Part shown: positions 1 to 13,329 of the stretch, piece after piece
How positions within the stretch are numbered: the first letter of the stretch is position 1
How the letters are laid out: each line of letters starts with the position of its first letter
Assembly (NCBI GenBank): GCA_905178155.1
Contig: CAJINV010000002.1
Location: 6,056,476 to 6,120,475 of the forward strand
DNA length: 64,000 bases
DNA from: Amoebophrya sp. A120
Taxonomy: Eukaryota; Protista; Dinoflagellata
Direction of reading: 5' to 3'
Translations under genes and position numbers: made by a program
The notes under the pieces: model-generated
What the model saw: the letters and a program-made list of their open reading frames with translations, nothing else
What the model was told of the DNA's origin: nothing
The model's database searches: none

Positions 1-116
1 CGCAAATGCCATGCAAAAAATATTTCGGAGTTTTTTATTTCTTTATTTATTTTTCATGATTTTTTTGCATTGAAAAAATGGCAAAATGGATGGGGATGGG
101 TGTTTTTTTCTGGATA
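1..116. mobile_element. Right end of an F-family introner, truncated by the window edge
   Basis: gatgggtgtttttttctggata (95-116) closely matches the TIRs of the element at 29449-29557 (reverse complement of its left end: gatgggtgtttcttcctggata). Confidence 0.6.
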
Positions 117-132
117 TGCACAGGTTCCATGC

Positions 133-449
133 TATGAATGATCTCGCGTGGGTTGGCTCGTTAAAAAAATCATATACAGAGTTGTTTTTCATACACGTGA
201 TTGCAATTGAAATGCGTTGCTTCCGTCTTGATATTTACGCTACCATGATCCCATCCTGCATTCAATATGTATATGTATATGCGCTGCACACACAGGAGCT
301 CCAGACACAGTCATCTACAAGCCTGCGTGTGCTTGCTCGTGCAGCACATAACGCTTGTATCACATGGCTCGATGGTGCCAAGGAGATTTTCGCAGAAATA
401 CTTTCTCCCTAGCAGTGCGTGGTCACCAATACGAATACCAGCCAAAATA
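133..449. mobile_element. Possible degenerate TAT..ATA introner in an unannotated gene at the window edge
   Basis: Perfect 5-bp direct repeat catgc at 128-132 and 450-454 flanking TAT..ATA, but the TIRs are weak. Confidence 0.3.
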
Positions 450-688
450 CATGCAGCATTGATGGTACAAACGAGATATGACATGACTCCATGAATAGTT
501 TTTGCTTTAGAGCCGTTAGGTACTATCCGTCGTTTTGAAAAGTAAGAGTTGCATTTGAATCATTTTTCCAGAGTTGAGCCGAGGTGGCTTTGATCAACAT
601 AAATATCGAAGAACTTCTAGAGAGGTTGCAGTACACAGCCGGCTTATGAAGTGGGAACTTTCTTCTACCGCCAATCGCGTTCCGATAT

Positions 689-2702
689 TTAAGCGCCCAT
701 CTTGAGTTCCTTGAGCTTGTCGACGGTTTCTTGGAAAAATTTCTCGTCGGACTGCACGTACATCATGCCCAACAAAGCCAGGCACTGCGCGGCGTCGGTA
801 TCCTCGACAGAGTCGAAGACGGACTTTTTGATGCTGACCGGCCCGTAGGTAACCTGTGCGTCGCGGCCCCACTCGACCAAGGTCTTCGTGTCCAGGATCT
901 TCAGGAGGGCTTTACCTGTGAATAGAAGGAAGCGGTGCAATGATAGATAGGCGCTGTTGATGGAGGGGTAAAACCTTACTTCTCGTGTGCTCACGTCAGC
1001 CGTCGAAGTTGGTCTGTTCTAAATGAGAACAATTTGCACTGAATCGAGGCGACCGGCCCCTTTGCAGCTATTCGCCCAAAAAAGATGTTGACCGTAGAGA
1101 GAGTCACTTCTGAACAAAAAGAAATGAAAAACGCAATATATTAATTTCGCTTGAAAAATAAACAAAGCTCTTCACGTAATTATACCGAAGTCATCCTCCT
1201 CCGGCTTCATGCCGAGCCAGTTCATCTTTTCGGCGAGGGCCTCGAAGGGGGAGGCGGAGGCGTGCACCGCGTTGTCGCCGACATTCGGGACGGACTCCAG
1301 GCCGTATTCCTTATGGATGTGTCAGGATCGAAATCGGCACAATTGAAAAATTTGTGATGCATAAAATGTAGAGCACTGAAGGCCTGTATTGGGGAGCAGG
1401 CATCTGAGACCGATTGCGATCCTGTTTAGGGGTATGCAGCGCGCTGCCAGAGTAGCATGACAGGAGCAGTCTTCTTTGCCCAAACAGCATGACAGACTGG
1501 ATTTTGGGGCTCCCGAAATTTGTCATGCGCCACTTGGAAACTGAGGCTCCAACTGTCATCGATTTTGTGCATCACAAATTTTTCGACTTTGTCAATTTCG
1601 ATCCTGACATTCCCATATTCCTTCCAGTTCTTGTAGAACATGCCGCGCAGAGAGTCCTCCGGAGCGGTCACCGGATCGGTCGGCCCGAGGGCTTGGCCTG
1701 ATGAATTAGTATAATTTGCGTTGATATTGGGTGGCGTCTACTTCTACAACAAACTGTTGGCAGACTACATTTCTCGTACTTACTAGGTAGTCTCAAGTAT
1801 CTTTCGGGTCATGCTGGTCACTAACGTATGAAACTCCTTTAGCAATTACAGCAACACAAATTCTACTCCCTCAAACATCAAAGTGAGAAAGGTAGCCTTA
1901 AATACCACGGAATTCTTCCCAGCTGAGGTTCTTGGAGTCCCATTCGACGACGAAGTAGTACAGGGAAGCGGATTCAACGACGTAATTGCTGCGCATGCTC
2001 ATGAAAAATCCGTTCATCACGTAGATGGGCTCTTGACCTGAAATGGAATTGGAATTGGAGGCGATAACGTGGCTAAAGGGATTAGAAATTCCACTATTCA
2101 CGTGAAACAGTAGGAGCAGCTTCTCTCAGCAGTGCAAAATTGAATGTGAAGTACCGGCCTTCGGTCGAGACAAAAGGAAACGGCTACGACACAGAAGAAA
2201 AAGATGGTCGAAAGTATAGAAGAAGTACCCTACGAATACCAAACCCTGAGCACAAGCAAGCTACTCAGAAGTAAAAAATACCTTCAACCGTGTCGATGAG
2301 TCCGCAGTAGAAGCCTCCGCCGAATTTCACCAACTTGCCGGCCTTTTTCGCCTTGGCCCACTCGGTATTCAGCTGTTCGCTGTCCATGCCGAGCTTCGTG
2401 CAGGCATCCTTGGCGTTGAAGATCTTTCCCTCGGCGAGTGTGGCGTCCCAGTCCCCACCAAACTTGTCGGTGAACATCTTTTTCGGCACGTTCAGCTCGG
2501 ACGGCTTCAGGATGGTGGCTTTGGAGGCGATGGCATAGTAGTGGTTGTCGATGAGCTGCTTCTCGTCGATTTCCTTGCCGGTAATGAGGCCTTCCTTCAA
2601 AACCTTCAGGCCCTTAGCCTCCAAACCTTCCTTGACCACCACGCGCGCCTTCTCGGTGTTGGCGTGGGGCTTGACAAAAACGAAAGCGCTGTTCTTCACC
2701 AT
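689..2702 (-). CDS. Nucleoside diphosphate kinase-like protein (5 exons)
   Basis: Exons approx 2702-2282, 2037-1906, 1697-1618, 1306-1186, 915-689. N-terminal AFVFVKPHA, LGPTDPVTAPEDSLRG and active-site-like DNAVHASAS motifs. Three GT-AG introns plus one introner. Confidence 0.85.
1312..1617. mobile_element. Introner with ~55-bp imperfect TIR, DR ttcct
   Basis: tatggatgtgtcaggatcgaaat... / ...atttcgatcctgacattcccata. Removing 311 nt restores NWKEYGLESVPN. Confidence 0.9.
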
Positions 2703-3856
2703 GTTGGGCAGATGTCGTGTCGTTGGGGGAAAAAGTAAAACGTACAACTACGTACGGTAAGTACCGAAGAGAGAATATCAGAAGAGAAGAGGGAAAAAAG
2801 TCGTTGTAGCTGAAGAGCCTAAAAAACTTGCCTGCTGATTTTGTTTTTGACAAGAGAAGATCAGAGTATATCAGTGCAAATAAAATGGAGAATCGAGATG
2901 CAATGCTACCTACGTGAAGTAATCTTAGTGCGTAAAAATGATTCTCGGATCTTTTTGTATAGCTCTTTGGTCGTGCTAGCGCTACTGCTACGGCGTTGTT
3001 TTTGCAGGAGCAGGAGCAAATCCGGGATCGTCGGAAAATAATTTTCGGGGATCGCTATGATCCAGAAGATCTTTTCACAAACCTCGCAACTGATCTTGCT
3101 TCAATTTAACATTCACACGTTGCTGCCACAGCGTGCTAGAGACGCGGATCTTCATTTCATCATTCTATCATAATCAATTTTTTTTTACTTCAGCTTCACA
3201 ATAAATCTTCTTCGAAACAACACGAGAAAACAGCTTGGCTAGACCGAGGTGCGTTCGAGTTCGAGTTAAGATGCGCTAGAAGTCTTATTAATATGGTGCA
3301 AATGCAATAGTCTCCCAGGAAACAGTCACTTCCAGCATCCTGATCATTCGAAAACGGCTTCCCCCTCGCTATCATGTGCTTTTCGTAGCGCGCCTGTAAT
3401 TCGTGCGAGGACTGTCGCGAGACTGCGCACGTTTCTTCTTTCACATTTGCGTCGTCCAGCCAGCTTCGCCGTCCTGAGTTACACTCGGGACGCCTTGCAG
3501 GTACTCCGAGTACGAAAGACAGGCGCCCGCGTTTCCTTCCTGTATTCCCGAGCGAAACTTCTACATTTCACAAAGAGCAGCATCTGAATTGTGGTGAAAT
3601 TCTGACTGTCAAAAATAAATCTTGATCTCGAAAAGTCCGCTGCGTACACGACAAGGCCTGGAATATGTTACCAAAAGAGAGCTCTCCGAGCTGGCCTCTT
3701 CTCCAAAGACCGGCGGTCTGAACAAGCAGGATGAAAAACTGGCACATAACATAATTGCGGGTACTATGCAGCTACTAGCGCAGAAGCTCCTGACAAACCA
3801 ACTCCTGGACGACGGCAATGGTCCTCATGTTGTGCCACGACATAGCAACCACCCGC

Positions 3857-6800
3857 TCACTTCTTCCCCTTGTGAAAGTTTATGACATCCTCCACGACCC
3901 GTTCAAAATCCCCCTTGCCGTTGAAAATCCGAGCCAAATACGCGAGTTGGTGCGGCGACTGCTTCGGCCGCTTGAACACGCGGTTTTTCACGCGCGGTTT
4001 GTCGACTTCCTGTTTGAAAATCTGCTCGAACTCGCTCCTCGAAAACCTGACGCGGTTGTTGATTCGCAGAAAATCTACCGCCTCCGCGAAGTAATCGCCG
4101 AGTTCTGGGAGCCCCGAAAGCCGAAACTGCTCGGTTTCCGTGATGTTGAAGGGGTAGGGGTGGCCCAGGATGACGCCTTTCAGCCCGCCCAGTTCCTTCC
4201 TGGATGGGTGAAGGACCAGGGAGGACAGCTGCTGTTGGCTGTTTTGTAGACTGTGTTGACTCGTCCGCTGTAGTGTTTGTTGTGGTGCAAAAGTGGAGCC
4301 ACTAGTAGTCGTCCCGCAACTCTGCGCAATGGCTTCACTCAGCCGCTGCTGGTCGTCATCCAAGTGGTCTTCGCCATGGTCGTTCCTCGGCGCTGTGAAG
4401 GAGGTTGTCGGCCGGCTGCCGTACGCACCACCCGTCTCGATCATATCGGCAATGAGCTCTGCGTGTTTTCGGGCCTCACTGCTCTGCTTCGAGGAGCCTT
4501 TGGACGTTGTTTGCCCACCTGAGGTGGATCCACCGCCCGTAGTCGTTGCGCCTACCGCTTCTGGCGTCATCTCTTCCTGAGCAGCACCTCCGCCGCCGCC
4601 CCCGAGCAGTCCGATTGCCTCCCGACAACTCGCACTTAGGAAACTGCTCAAGGCCCGGCCTTGGCGTCCGGTGACGGCGACCCCGTAGTGCGTGATTAGT
4701 CGATGGGGTAGTTGCTTGTAGAGCCGGTCGAACTGGAACACCCGTTCCGTTCTGTCCTCGCCCGTGAGCCAGGGGGCGATCAGTCCGGCGTACCTCGGGG
4801 AAAAGAGAAAATCCGCGGGGGCGAGAGGATCGTACCCAATGAAAATGTCGGTTTGCAGGGATTTTGTCACAGTTTGGAGGAGGTACTCCCGTCCGGAGAG
4901 GCTTTCCGTCTCCTCCAGCATCTGCATCGGGTCCAGAATCTCGATGTCGAAAGGTGCGACTGGTGGAAGCACGGGGACATCATGTCCTGCAGATGAGGAT
5001 AAGCCGGTCTTCGTGAACCGTTTCTGCAAATACTCCGCCACCTCTTCCGCGTTTGAAAGGTCACCGATGGTGGCGGCGAAGTCCTTGTTGTAGTTTTTAC
5101 CGCTTTGAGGACGTTGTCCTCCGGATGAAATAAGGTCTTGCTCGCCTGGTGTCGATTGTGTTCTTGACGCCGCGGCTGCGACAAGGATTGGTGAAACGGC
5201 ACGAACTGCTCGCCTGTGGTTTCGGAAAATGATAACCTTGGGCTTCCGCTTGTCGATTTTTTCAATGGCGATGACTGGCCGCTTGCCCTTCTTCTGTGCC
5301 TTTGGTAATTCAAGAGCTTCAGCAGAAGTACTAGCACCATTAATTTCTTCTCGCACGATCTCCACTGCCCGCGCGTTTCTTATCAGTTCCTTCCCGTCGA
5401 TGCCGAGTCGGAGGAACAGGTAATTCCGGAATCCGTCCAGCATCACCGGGTCCACTCCGTTCCCGGTTTTGTGCTTCAAGATCGTGTTTTGCTCGTATTT
5501 CCACACCAAATCCGGGTCAAACCACGGCCAGTGCCGCCAACCAAGGATGACGTGCTGAAAACACCTGCCCCGGGGCATTTCCCGGAAGGGCGTGACGGTG
5601 CTGGCGATGGTGGCTATCAAAGTGAAAAAAGCCCCCACCCCATAACGAAAACGGAAGATGCGCGAATTCGTGATGCTGTATTTGAGTACACAAATCGACT
5701 TGTATTGCTAGAAGGCCAAGAGACGAAGCTGCGGCCTACATTGCAGGTAATCTGTCATGCTGTTTCCCACTTCCAGTTGCCTCCTGCCATCCTGGAGCTG
5801 CAAGGCTTTCCCACGCTAGACAGCACTACAGTCCGCATCTTTTGCCTTGTAGCATCACAAAGCTGATTTGTGAGCACAAATCTGCATCACAGATTTCCGT
5901 TTTGATATGGGGAGGGGGCATTTTTCATTGTAATAGTGGCGAGGAGAACTTCTTCCAGGAAATTGGATTGGTCGCGAGGCTTTTTGTTCTTTTGCATGAT
6001 TGGAACAAATTTGCTGGCGTGAACAGCAGGGGAAGACGAGGCCGCGGCTTGTGTAGTTGCACTAGAGTCAGTACCACCAGAATTCGTATGTAGTTCTCCA
6101 CCATTGCTTCCGAACGGAGGAGACCTTATCGTGCTGTTCCTCTTTTGCATCCTTAAAACATGTCCCGGCCTTGCGTTCGTCCGCTTCTTCTTCCGCTTCG
6201 TAAAAAACTCGTCTGCGACAGTATCAAAAGGAAAAATCCCCCCTCCCCATATCGAAACGAAGTTTCTGATGCTGGATTTCCATACACAAATCAGATTTGT
6301 CTTGCAGTAGAGGAGTGCAGGCATATGGCAAGCCTCAGTCGAGAAGTTTTGGCGTAGGCACCTAGCATGACAAAGGTGTATGCTCTAAGCCAAGCAGCAT
6401 GACAAACCGCCTGCGAAATGCGGAAGGCTTTCTGGACTTGCCTTCTTGCAAGACAGACAGGATTTGAGGTCACAAATGCGCATCACAAATTTTCAGACGG
6501 ATACTTTTTCGATACGGGGTGGGGGGATTTTTCCTTTTGATAGACAGTGTGATCCATTTCGTCCACGAGATAAACATGAACTTTCGGGTGGGCGCGGAGA
6601 ATTTTCTGGATCTCGTCCTTCACTGTCTTTACTGCCACTGAAGATGGTGATGAAGCGGTATCTGCTGTAGCGGGCCGCGTTGTTCCTGTAGGTGTTCTTT
6701 CGTTTGCTGAAAAGGCCCGGCGCATTTTGTCCCCGACTTTCTGGTAGTCCGCCTTCAGAAACCCCCAGCGGGACAGCGCAACGAAGATCTGCCACGCCAC

Positions 6801-8543
6801 ATCCAGAGCTGTTTGCAGTGTGTGTTTCCGCGTGGTGAAAGCGCTCAAGTTGCTCACCAGAACATCGTCGGGCGGGGGCTTGCCGATGACGATGTGGACT
6901 TCTTTTTGATGCGACTTTAATACCGCTTCATTTGTCGACGTCCCTCTGGTTTCCGTTTTTTCTGCTTGTTCTGGCGTAGATGAGGAAACATACGGGTAAG
7001 GAAGATGAGAACTCGACCGCTTCGAATCTTTGTCTTCCGTACCCTGCCACACTTGCATCTCCCTTAAGGGCGCGAACATTTCGTTGCTCCTGGGCGAAAT
7101 GCTCATTCCCATCAGCTCCAAAATCCGGCTCTCCGGCCAATACGGGTGGACCTGCTTCCACGGGTTTTGGAACAGAAACCGGAAGGCCCGCGGGGATTTG
7201 CGGAAGCGTTTGAAGTCCATCTGGGTGTAGGGGTAGATCACCCCCTCGGATCTTCTTGAAGTCGTTTTGTGGATCAAATCGTAGTAGATACTATGCTTGT
7301 TTTTCGTGTAGATGAACTGCTTCCCGTTCGGGGACAGGCAAAGGTTCCGCACGTGGCAGTTGGTCTGCTGAATGCAGTCGTGGAACGAGTAGGGGGACCG
7401 GGACGACGACCGCGCTTTCCTTTCATATTTTTGCGGTAGCGGAAGAGGCTGCGCTTTTCTCTTTTCGAACGCGGCAACCATGTTAGCTTGTACCTGCTGG
7501 GAAGCCGTTGCTGCGGAGATTTTTTGGGTCGATGATTGCCCACCAGACACTACAGTTTCGGGCGCGGCCTTTTGTCCAGCTGGATAATTTTGGCCTTCTC
7601 TAGTTGATAATGCGCTCGCAGTCTCGACTACACCAGAGGAAGTCGAAGGCCATTCCGTCGCTCCGACACCAGTCTTGGCGTCAGAGGTTTTATTTGTTCT
7701 TGCAAGAACATCATACTGTTTTAATTTTTCTTCCATCTTCCTGACCAGTTTCAAATTCTTGTGTCCCCCAACGGTGTGCAAGACCTTCATGTACAGCTCT
7801 TGCAGTCTCGTCGTTCCCAACGAGTCCCACAACTGCCACACCCCGTCAAACAAAATCGCGTCGCTGGGCTCGGGTGCCACGGAGCGGGCGGGCGGTAGTT
7901 CCTGCAGCTGCTCCTCGATGCCGGGGAAATACGTGATCTCCGGGTTCACCAGCTCTTCTCCCTCGTCCAAACGCAGCAATCGCTCGATCATCGCATGATC
8001 GGCAGCGGTCCGGCTGCCACACCAAGACGCAGTAGTACTAGAGCTGGTCTCATTATACTGCTGGAAAAAAACACTCGTCGCGGGGTTCACTGCGATAAAG
8101 TTCTTCGTGGTACTTGGAGCAGGAGACGGGTTTGTTCCAACATCATCTACTTCCGCACTTCGCGTTCCTTTTGTATTTGTACTAGTACTACCTGATGAGG
8201 AGCAAATAATGCGGCTCGATGTGCTGCCGGTTGTACTTCTAGCAGGTCTCCTCGCGGTGCCCGCACCTGCAGGGCGGACTTTTTGTTCTATCGGCCCGTG
8301 ATAAATCTCCGTTTCGTTCGTTCCGGGCCAGAAGCCCTGCCGTATGCCATCCAGCTCTCGGGTCGCTTCCTTGGTCAGCGTCACGCCCAAACCCTCCGTG
8401 TCGAGCGCCGAACCCTCCACCATGAACGAAGAAAGCTCCACGTCGGACTGGGCGTGAACGAAGACCACCGTCGTGGGCCGGCATGACTGGAAGATACTGG
8501 TGAAAACACGCAGAGCGACGAGGACAATGAGGACCATCGCCAT
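3857..8543 (-). CDS. Type II membrane glycosyltransferase-like protein (GT61/DUF563-like), with long low-complexity insertions
   Basis: Three ORFs join in frame after removing two introners. N-terminal signal anchor MAMVLIVLVALRVF; motifs CHVRNLC, CFQHVILG, KPKVIIFRNHRR. Family call is by motif resemblance only. Confidence 0.55.
5615..5935. mobile_element. Introner family A (321 bp), DR gtggc
   Basis: TIR tatcaaagtgaaaaaagcccccacccc / ggggagggggcatttttcattgtaata. Excision gives EVLLATIASTV. Confidence 0.9.
6222..6542. mobile_element. Introner family A (321 bp), DR gacag
   Basis: Near-perfect TIR tatcaaaaggaaaaatccccc / gggggatttttccttttgata. Excision gives EMDHTVADEFF. Confidence 0.92.
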
Positions 8544-9129
8544 CTTGAAGAACGTACGTGTTTCTACAAATAGGCAAGCCACTGCTTCATATGTTGGTGT
8601 CCGGGGGGGAGAACAGGAGGACTGCACAGTACACGTCGCAAACAAAGAAGTTTAAAAAATACTCTACGCCCACTTGTGAAGAAACAGGGGCGAGATTGAT
8701 AATAAAGCGAGATCGAGAACAGGCCAGAACTTCGCTTCAGGTTTTGTTGCAGCCGCGACGAAAAAGGAATAGGGTGAGCCGGACTCAGGTTGCAAACACT
8801 GCATCGGTTCCACGTATTTAGATGCTGCATTCGTAAGTACTAGTTCCTTTACGTACTTAGACTATTACTCTGCCATCGGCAAAGCGTCGAACAACGTGGC
8901 TAGAGAATACGGAGCTCGCCCTGCGTCGGGGCTAACCCAATCCCAGCCCATCTCCATCTTTTGACAAATCGATGTCAGCCGCGCAACCTCACAACCCGAC
9001 CAAACATCTTGAGTAAGAACTTGCACGCCGCTGAATGCAGGAGAACGAACACCGACAGAAGGGAGGGCGCCACAACGATTCCAATGTCAGAGAAGAGAAA
9101 TCCAATTGCAGTTTCGGCCACCCATGCAT

Positions 9130-10870
9130 GCCCCAACGCTGCCCGTGGGTGTCCACCGAGCCGGCGCCGGGCGGGCCCACGCCCCAACAGGCGCGCGCAC
9201 AAACAGCCCCAGAAGCCGTATGAAAAGAAAAGCGGAGCGCGCGGCCGCCCCCGGCTGGCCGGGCGGGCCGGGCGACTGACCCACAGGGGCGGAGGCCGGT
9301 CAGGGCCACCACCCGGGGGGGGGGGGGGCGCAGTGAGTTGCGCAGGCGCCGGGCGGGCTCACTGACTGCAAAGCGCTTCCGGTTCTGCATGCCGGGCCCG
9401 GGCCAGGCCGCGCGCGAAACGCGCCACGGGCCAAAGAAGTAAAAAAAATGGCCGGGGCCCGGCTAAGCACCCCGGGGCGGCCGTCCCCGCTCCGCAGGAC
9501 GGAGGGCGGAGCAGTCGGCGCGGGGCGCGAAAGATCAGGACCGACCGACGGAAAGAAGCGCGCAAGGCCGCCCCCTCATCGCACTCGCCGCGAGTTTTGC
9601 CAGCTTGTTCGCACGCAGCTGGCCCCATTGTTCCCTAGGTTCTGCGGATTTTCAGCGATCTTCTTCAGTTCTAGCATGCTGGTCGGTCGGCGCTTTTTCC
9701 TATCGGCCAACTTCTTGGCCGCGGTAATGGACCAAACCTGTTCCTTTATTTGCGCCGCGATGAATAGGATCTCATCGATCAGAGCCACTGCGGGGCTCTC
9801 GGTTTTTTCGGGAATGTCGCCCGCCTGCCGGCCATCCGCGCGACACAGCCGCGCGCGTGGCCCGAGCGGCAGCTACATCCTCTATCTCCTCCTGCGGCTC
9901 TTCGCCGATTCGTCGACCGTGCAAAGCGTATCCACCACCGAAAGGAAAGAGCTAAGGATAGCTGATCGCGTCCGCGCGTGTCGATTTTCGCGCGGGTCAT
10001 CTTTTTAGCCCGCACGTCGGTCCTTCCCGTGAAGTGTTCGCGCGGCCGCTCTTCCCCAGGCGGTCCCCCCGCCGGGGCCCGGCGGCGCGGGCGGGCGCTG
10101 CTCCGGCGCCCCCCCTCGTTGTTTGCTGTTAATTGTTTGAAACCGGGGGACAGGCCCAAACCGCGCGCGTGCTCGCATGTTCCCGGCCATTTGCTAGCCG
10201 GGTTTGTAGTGGCGCTGCCAAGCTTCCCGCTACCCCGCCGGCGCACAGGCGCGGCTGGGCTCGCCTGCTGGCGCGGCGAATCAATGCACACAGCCGCGGC
10301 CCGCCTTCGGCTTCGCGCGGGGTGTGTGCGGGCGGTACAGTTGCAGCCGGCTTCTGGCCCGGGCCGCTTGTCTCGTGAGGGGGTCCACAGGCCCCAACTT
10401 CTCCGCTCGCTGGGCGCTGCAATACTCCCCGCCCATCGTTTGCCATGTTTGTCTGGCGCTGCGTCCCGACATGCACAAAAGCGGCGGGCGAAGGGAAACA
10501 AAACGCGCAGCGCCACGACTGGCGTAGGGAGGCGGCGCAACCCCCAACCCAGCCAATCCGGGGGCGCCTCAGAGCCCGCGGCGCCCCCATAATTCACCCG
10601 CCCGCAGCGGGCGCCACTCAAAGGCCCCCCGCCCGCCCCTCTTCTGGATCGGCACGAGCCCGGCCGTCGCGCCCGCGTTTGCCACCTTAAAGGTCACAGC
10701 TGCGACGCTGGTGGCCGCCCCACAACGTCGCGCCGCTCGTTTGGTTTTTGCTGTTGCTCCGCACGCGCTTGCTGCTGGTTTGGCAAAAACGCGCCGCAAG
10801 CAGCACGCTGCTGGGGCAGTCGCGGTTGTGATGCTGTTTGTCTGTGATGTTGAGCCGGGCCAAGCGCCTT
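9130..10870. other. GC-rich island 1, probably degenerate coding or TE sequence
   Basis: Abrupt rise in GC, G/C homopolymer runs, and fragmentary protein-like text on the minus strand (ALIDEILFIAAQIKEQVWSITAAKKLADRKK). Boundaries approximate. Confidence 0.55.
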
Positions 10871-11202
10871 AGCAACCAAGATGTGCTAAAGACGACGAGA
10901 CGCAAACCCGTGAGCGAGGATAGAAGTAGATCGGTGAACATCGAGCGCACTGACAAAATCAGAGGCGTGCACTTCAATTTGCGCCTCGCTACGACTAGGA
11001 GGAAGGCTGTCACAGTGAGGCTACCTCACGAGTAAACTCCAGTCCGATATTGACGGAAGGTTGCTTATGCAGCAAAAGTTCAGTCGACGTTGTCGCAATT
11101 TCAGATTGATTCAGGATTTTTCAGCCTACAAAAAACACCCAAAAGATGAATCGCATCCACAGCATCCACCGAGGAACAGCTAGAGCAGTAAGTATACTTC
11201 TT

Positions 11203-12681
11203 TCACCGAATCAGCTGCAAGCTTCGCCTCCTCGGTTGTCCGCCCAAGTTCCCGGAACTGGATCCCCTTCTCAACATCGTTGCCCCCGCGCTCCCTCGCC
11301 TCCCCAACAACTTCGACGACAAACTTTTCGGAATCGCTGGAACTCCCGTGATTCCAGCCCTCTCATTGCTGTTTTCGTCGCTGTCGCCCTCTCCACCTCC
11401 CGACACGATGATCCTCGGGCCGCCCCGCTCCCCCATCCGGGCCTGCAACAGGGCGTGCTGGTTCTGCAGTGGCGGAAGTTTTTGGTTCAACATCGTTTTC
11501 GCCGAAGACGCTAAATTCATCGTCTTGGACGAGCTGCTGACCTTCGAGACGCTCGCCCGACCACCAACGGAAGTGCGCTCCTCGTCGCAAATTGCCCTTA
11601 GGCTGTTGCGGTTGATGTTGAAGTCGTTGGAGCTGCCGAAGGGCAGCGCGGAGACGCGGGCGGACGGGTAAGATTTTTTCCCGGAGTTCGGTTCGTTCTT
11701 GTTAGGGGATTGGGAGTTGCGGCTCTTCCTCTTAGACGAGCCATTGTTTGTTCCCTCTACTTCGTCCTCGTCCTCATCGGTGTCGGAAGAGTCGCCATTT
11801 TCGTTCTCGGAACCATTCATGTTGTTGCCCTTGGTCCTCTTCCCTTCCGTTTTCTTCCCGCACCGCTTCATGTCCTTCCTCAAACCCTCGACGTCTTTCT
11901 GCCAAGATTTCATCTCAGTGTATGGTGCACAAAATCGCAGTTGGGTCGCGATGAAACAGAGTTCCGTCTCATTTTTCCTTGCCACGGCTCTTCATCGCTC
12001 CTACGATAGAACTCATCTAGTATGTTGACAGCTGAGGACCTACAAATGGAGATGACTACGAGGACCGAGTTGTAAAGTACTTACTAGTGACAAAGTAACT
12101 TTTCCACGCAGGACCAACAAGCACTGCAATTTTCCCTGAGATATCGACATGCGATTGTCGAGCTTTTTGCGCGTCCGGAAGACCATGCGCTTCAGCTGCT
12201 CCAGTTCGTCCACTGGTTGGATCGCCGTGTTTTGGTTCGCGGGAACCAAGGACCGACTGTAGGAATCGAACTCGTCATCCTCCTCCCGAGAATGACGATT
12301 TAGGTGGATAGCGCCGTTGTAGTTGAAGTTCAAGTATACACTGCAAAAGTAGAACTCGTTGTAATGTGCAGCTTGTAGTACTGCCAATTTTTTTCTAGAA
12401 CAAATACAAATGTGAACAAGCTCCCAATGCGGAGTCAGCTACGAGTTTAGCCTTAGCCTTAGGTCTGTTAGTATCGTATGCAAGATTGCAACTACAACAA
12501 TGAATTAGCACAACGAGGACTACGAGACCTTTGCACAGGATATTAAGGGCTGGACCGGAACGATGGCATCGTTTTCGGTCAGATCGGTGCCGGTGATGAA
12601 AGTGGAAGACGATGGGTTGTGGTGCGTGGAGCGGGACCCGCCGCCCCGGGGGTTGGTGGAGCGCGTGGCGGTGGAAGGCAT
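11203..12681 (-). CDS. Hypothetical protein with short coiled-coil region (3 exons)
   Basis: ATG at 12681 (MPSTATRSTNPRGGGS). Frame restored by removing 12330-12542 (VQPLNFNY) and 11916-12143 (NRMSKMKSW). Confidence 0.7.
11921..12143. mobile_element. Degenerate introner, DRs diverged
   Basis: Ends tatggtgcacaaaatcgcagt and (reverse complement) tatctcagggaaaattgcagt align without gaps. Element+5 = 228 nt keeps the frame. Confidence 0.65.
12335..12542. mobile_element. Introner family B, DR tcaag/ttaag
   Basis: tatacactgcaaaagta / cctttgcacaggata. Excision restores the frame. Confidence 0.8.
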
Positions 12682-13329
12682 GAGATCGGTTTAGAATTTC
12701 AAAACGAACATGAAATGGAATCGATTTTCAAAAAAGCACCACCTCGTCAGAGGAGTTGTAAGCAGGAAAGCTTGCTGCTAACCGTTCAAGCTTAACACGC
12801 GAGTCATGGTCGTCAACATCCGACTCGGATACACAATGATAAACCTTCCGTGACGTAACTCGTTACTCTTTTTGCAATTGTGTTTTGCTTCACTCCTTCC
12901 TTCTCCTTCTCACTCTGGCACGCTCTAGTTTGGTCATGATTCTTTGTGGAACGCTCTTCGAGGTAACAACGAAAAACTACACGCGCGACAAGCTAAAGCT
13001 TGCACGCTCAAAACAATTCACCCGCGTAATCCAACTCTCCGCCCGAAGACTGGTGGCGACGAAAATACGACAACAAGCGCAGAGCTGCGCCTCCTCTCAC
13101 TGCGTTCAGACTGGGGTGGACAAGCACAAGGAGCGCGGTGCTATCTTGTCACAATGTTCTGGCGACCTTCTTGTCATGCCTATCCTTCCCCTTCGTTACT
13201 TGTCTTGCACGCATGCGCGATCTATGTTTGCGAAACGAATACCCTCCGGCCACATTTTGACTCATACGAGAGACAACAGGCAAGATTCCGTAAGCGACAG
13301 GGCGTAAGCGACAAAGGATACGTGGGAGG

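Noticed and set aside
11028-12870. Short inverted matches (acggaaggtt / aaccttccgt) flanking the 11203-12681 gene, as TIRs of a gene-capturing element
   Set aside because: Only 10-15 bp patches that are not colinear, and no target duplication found.
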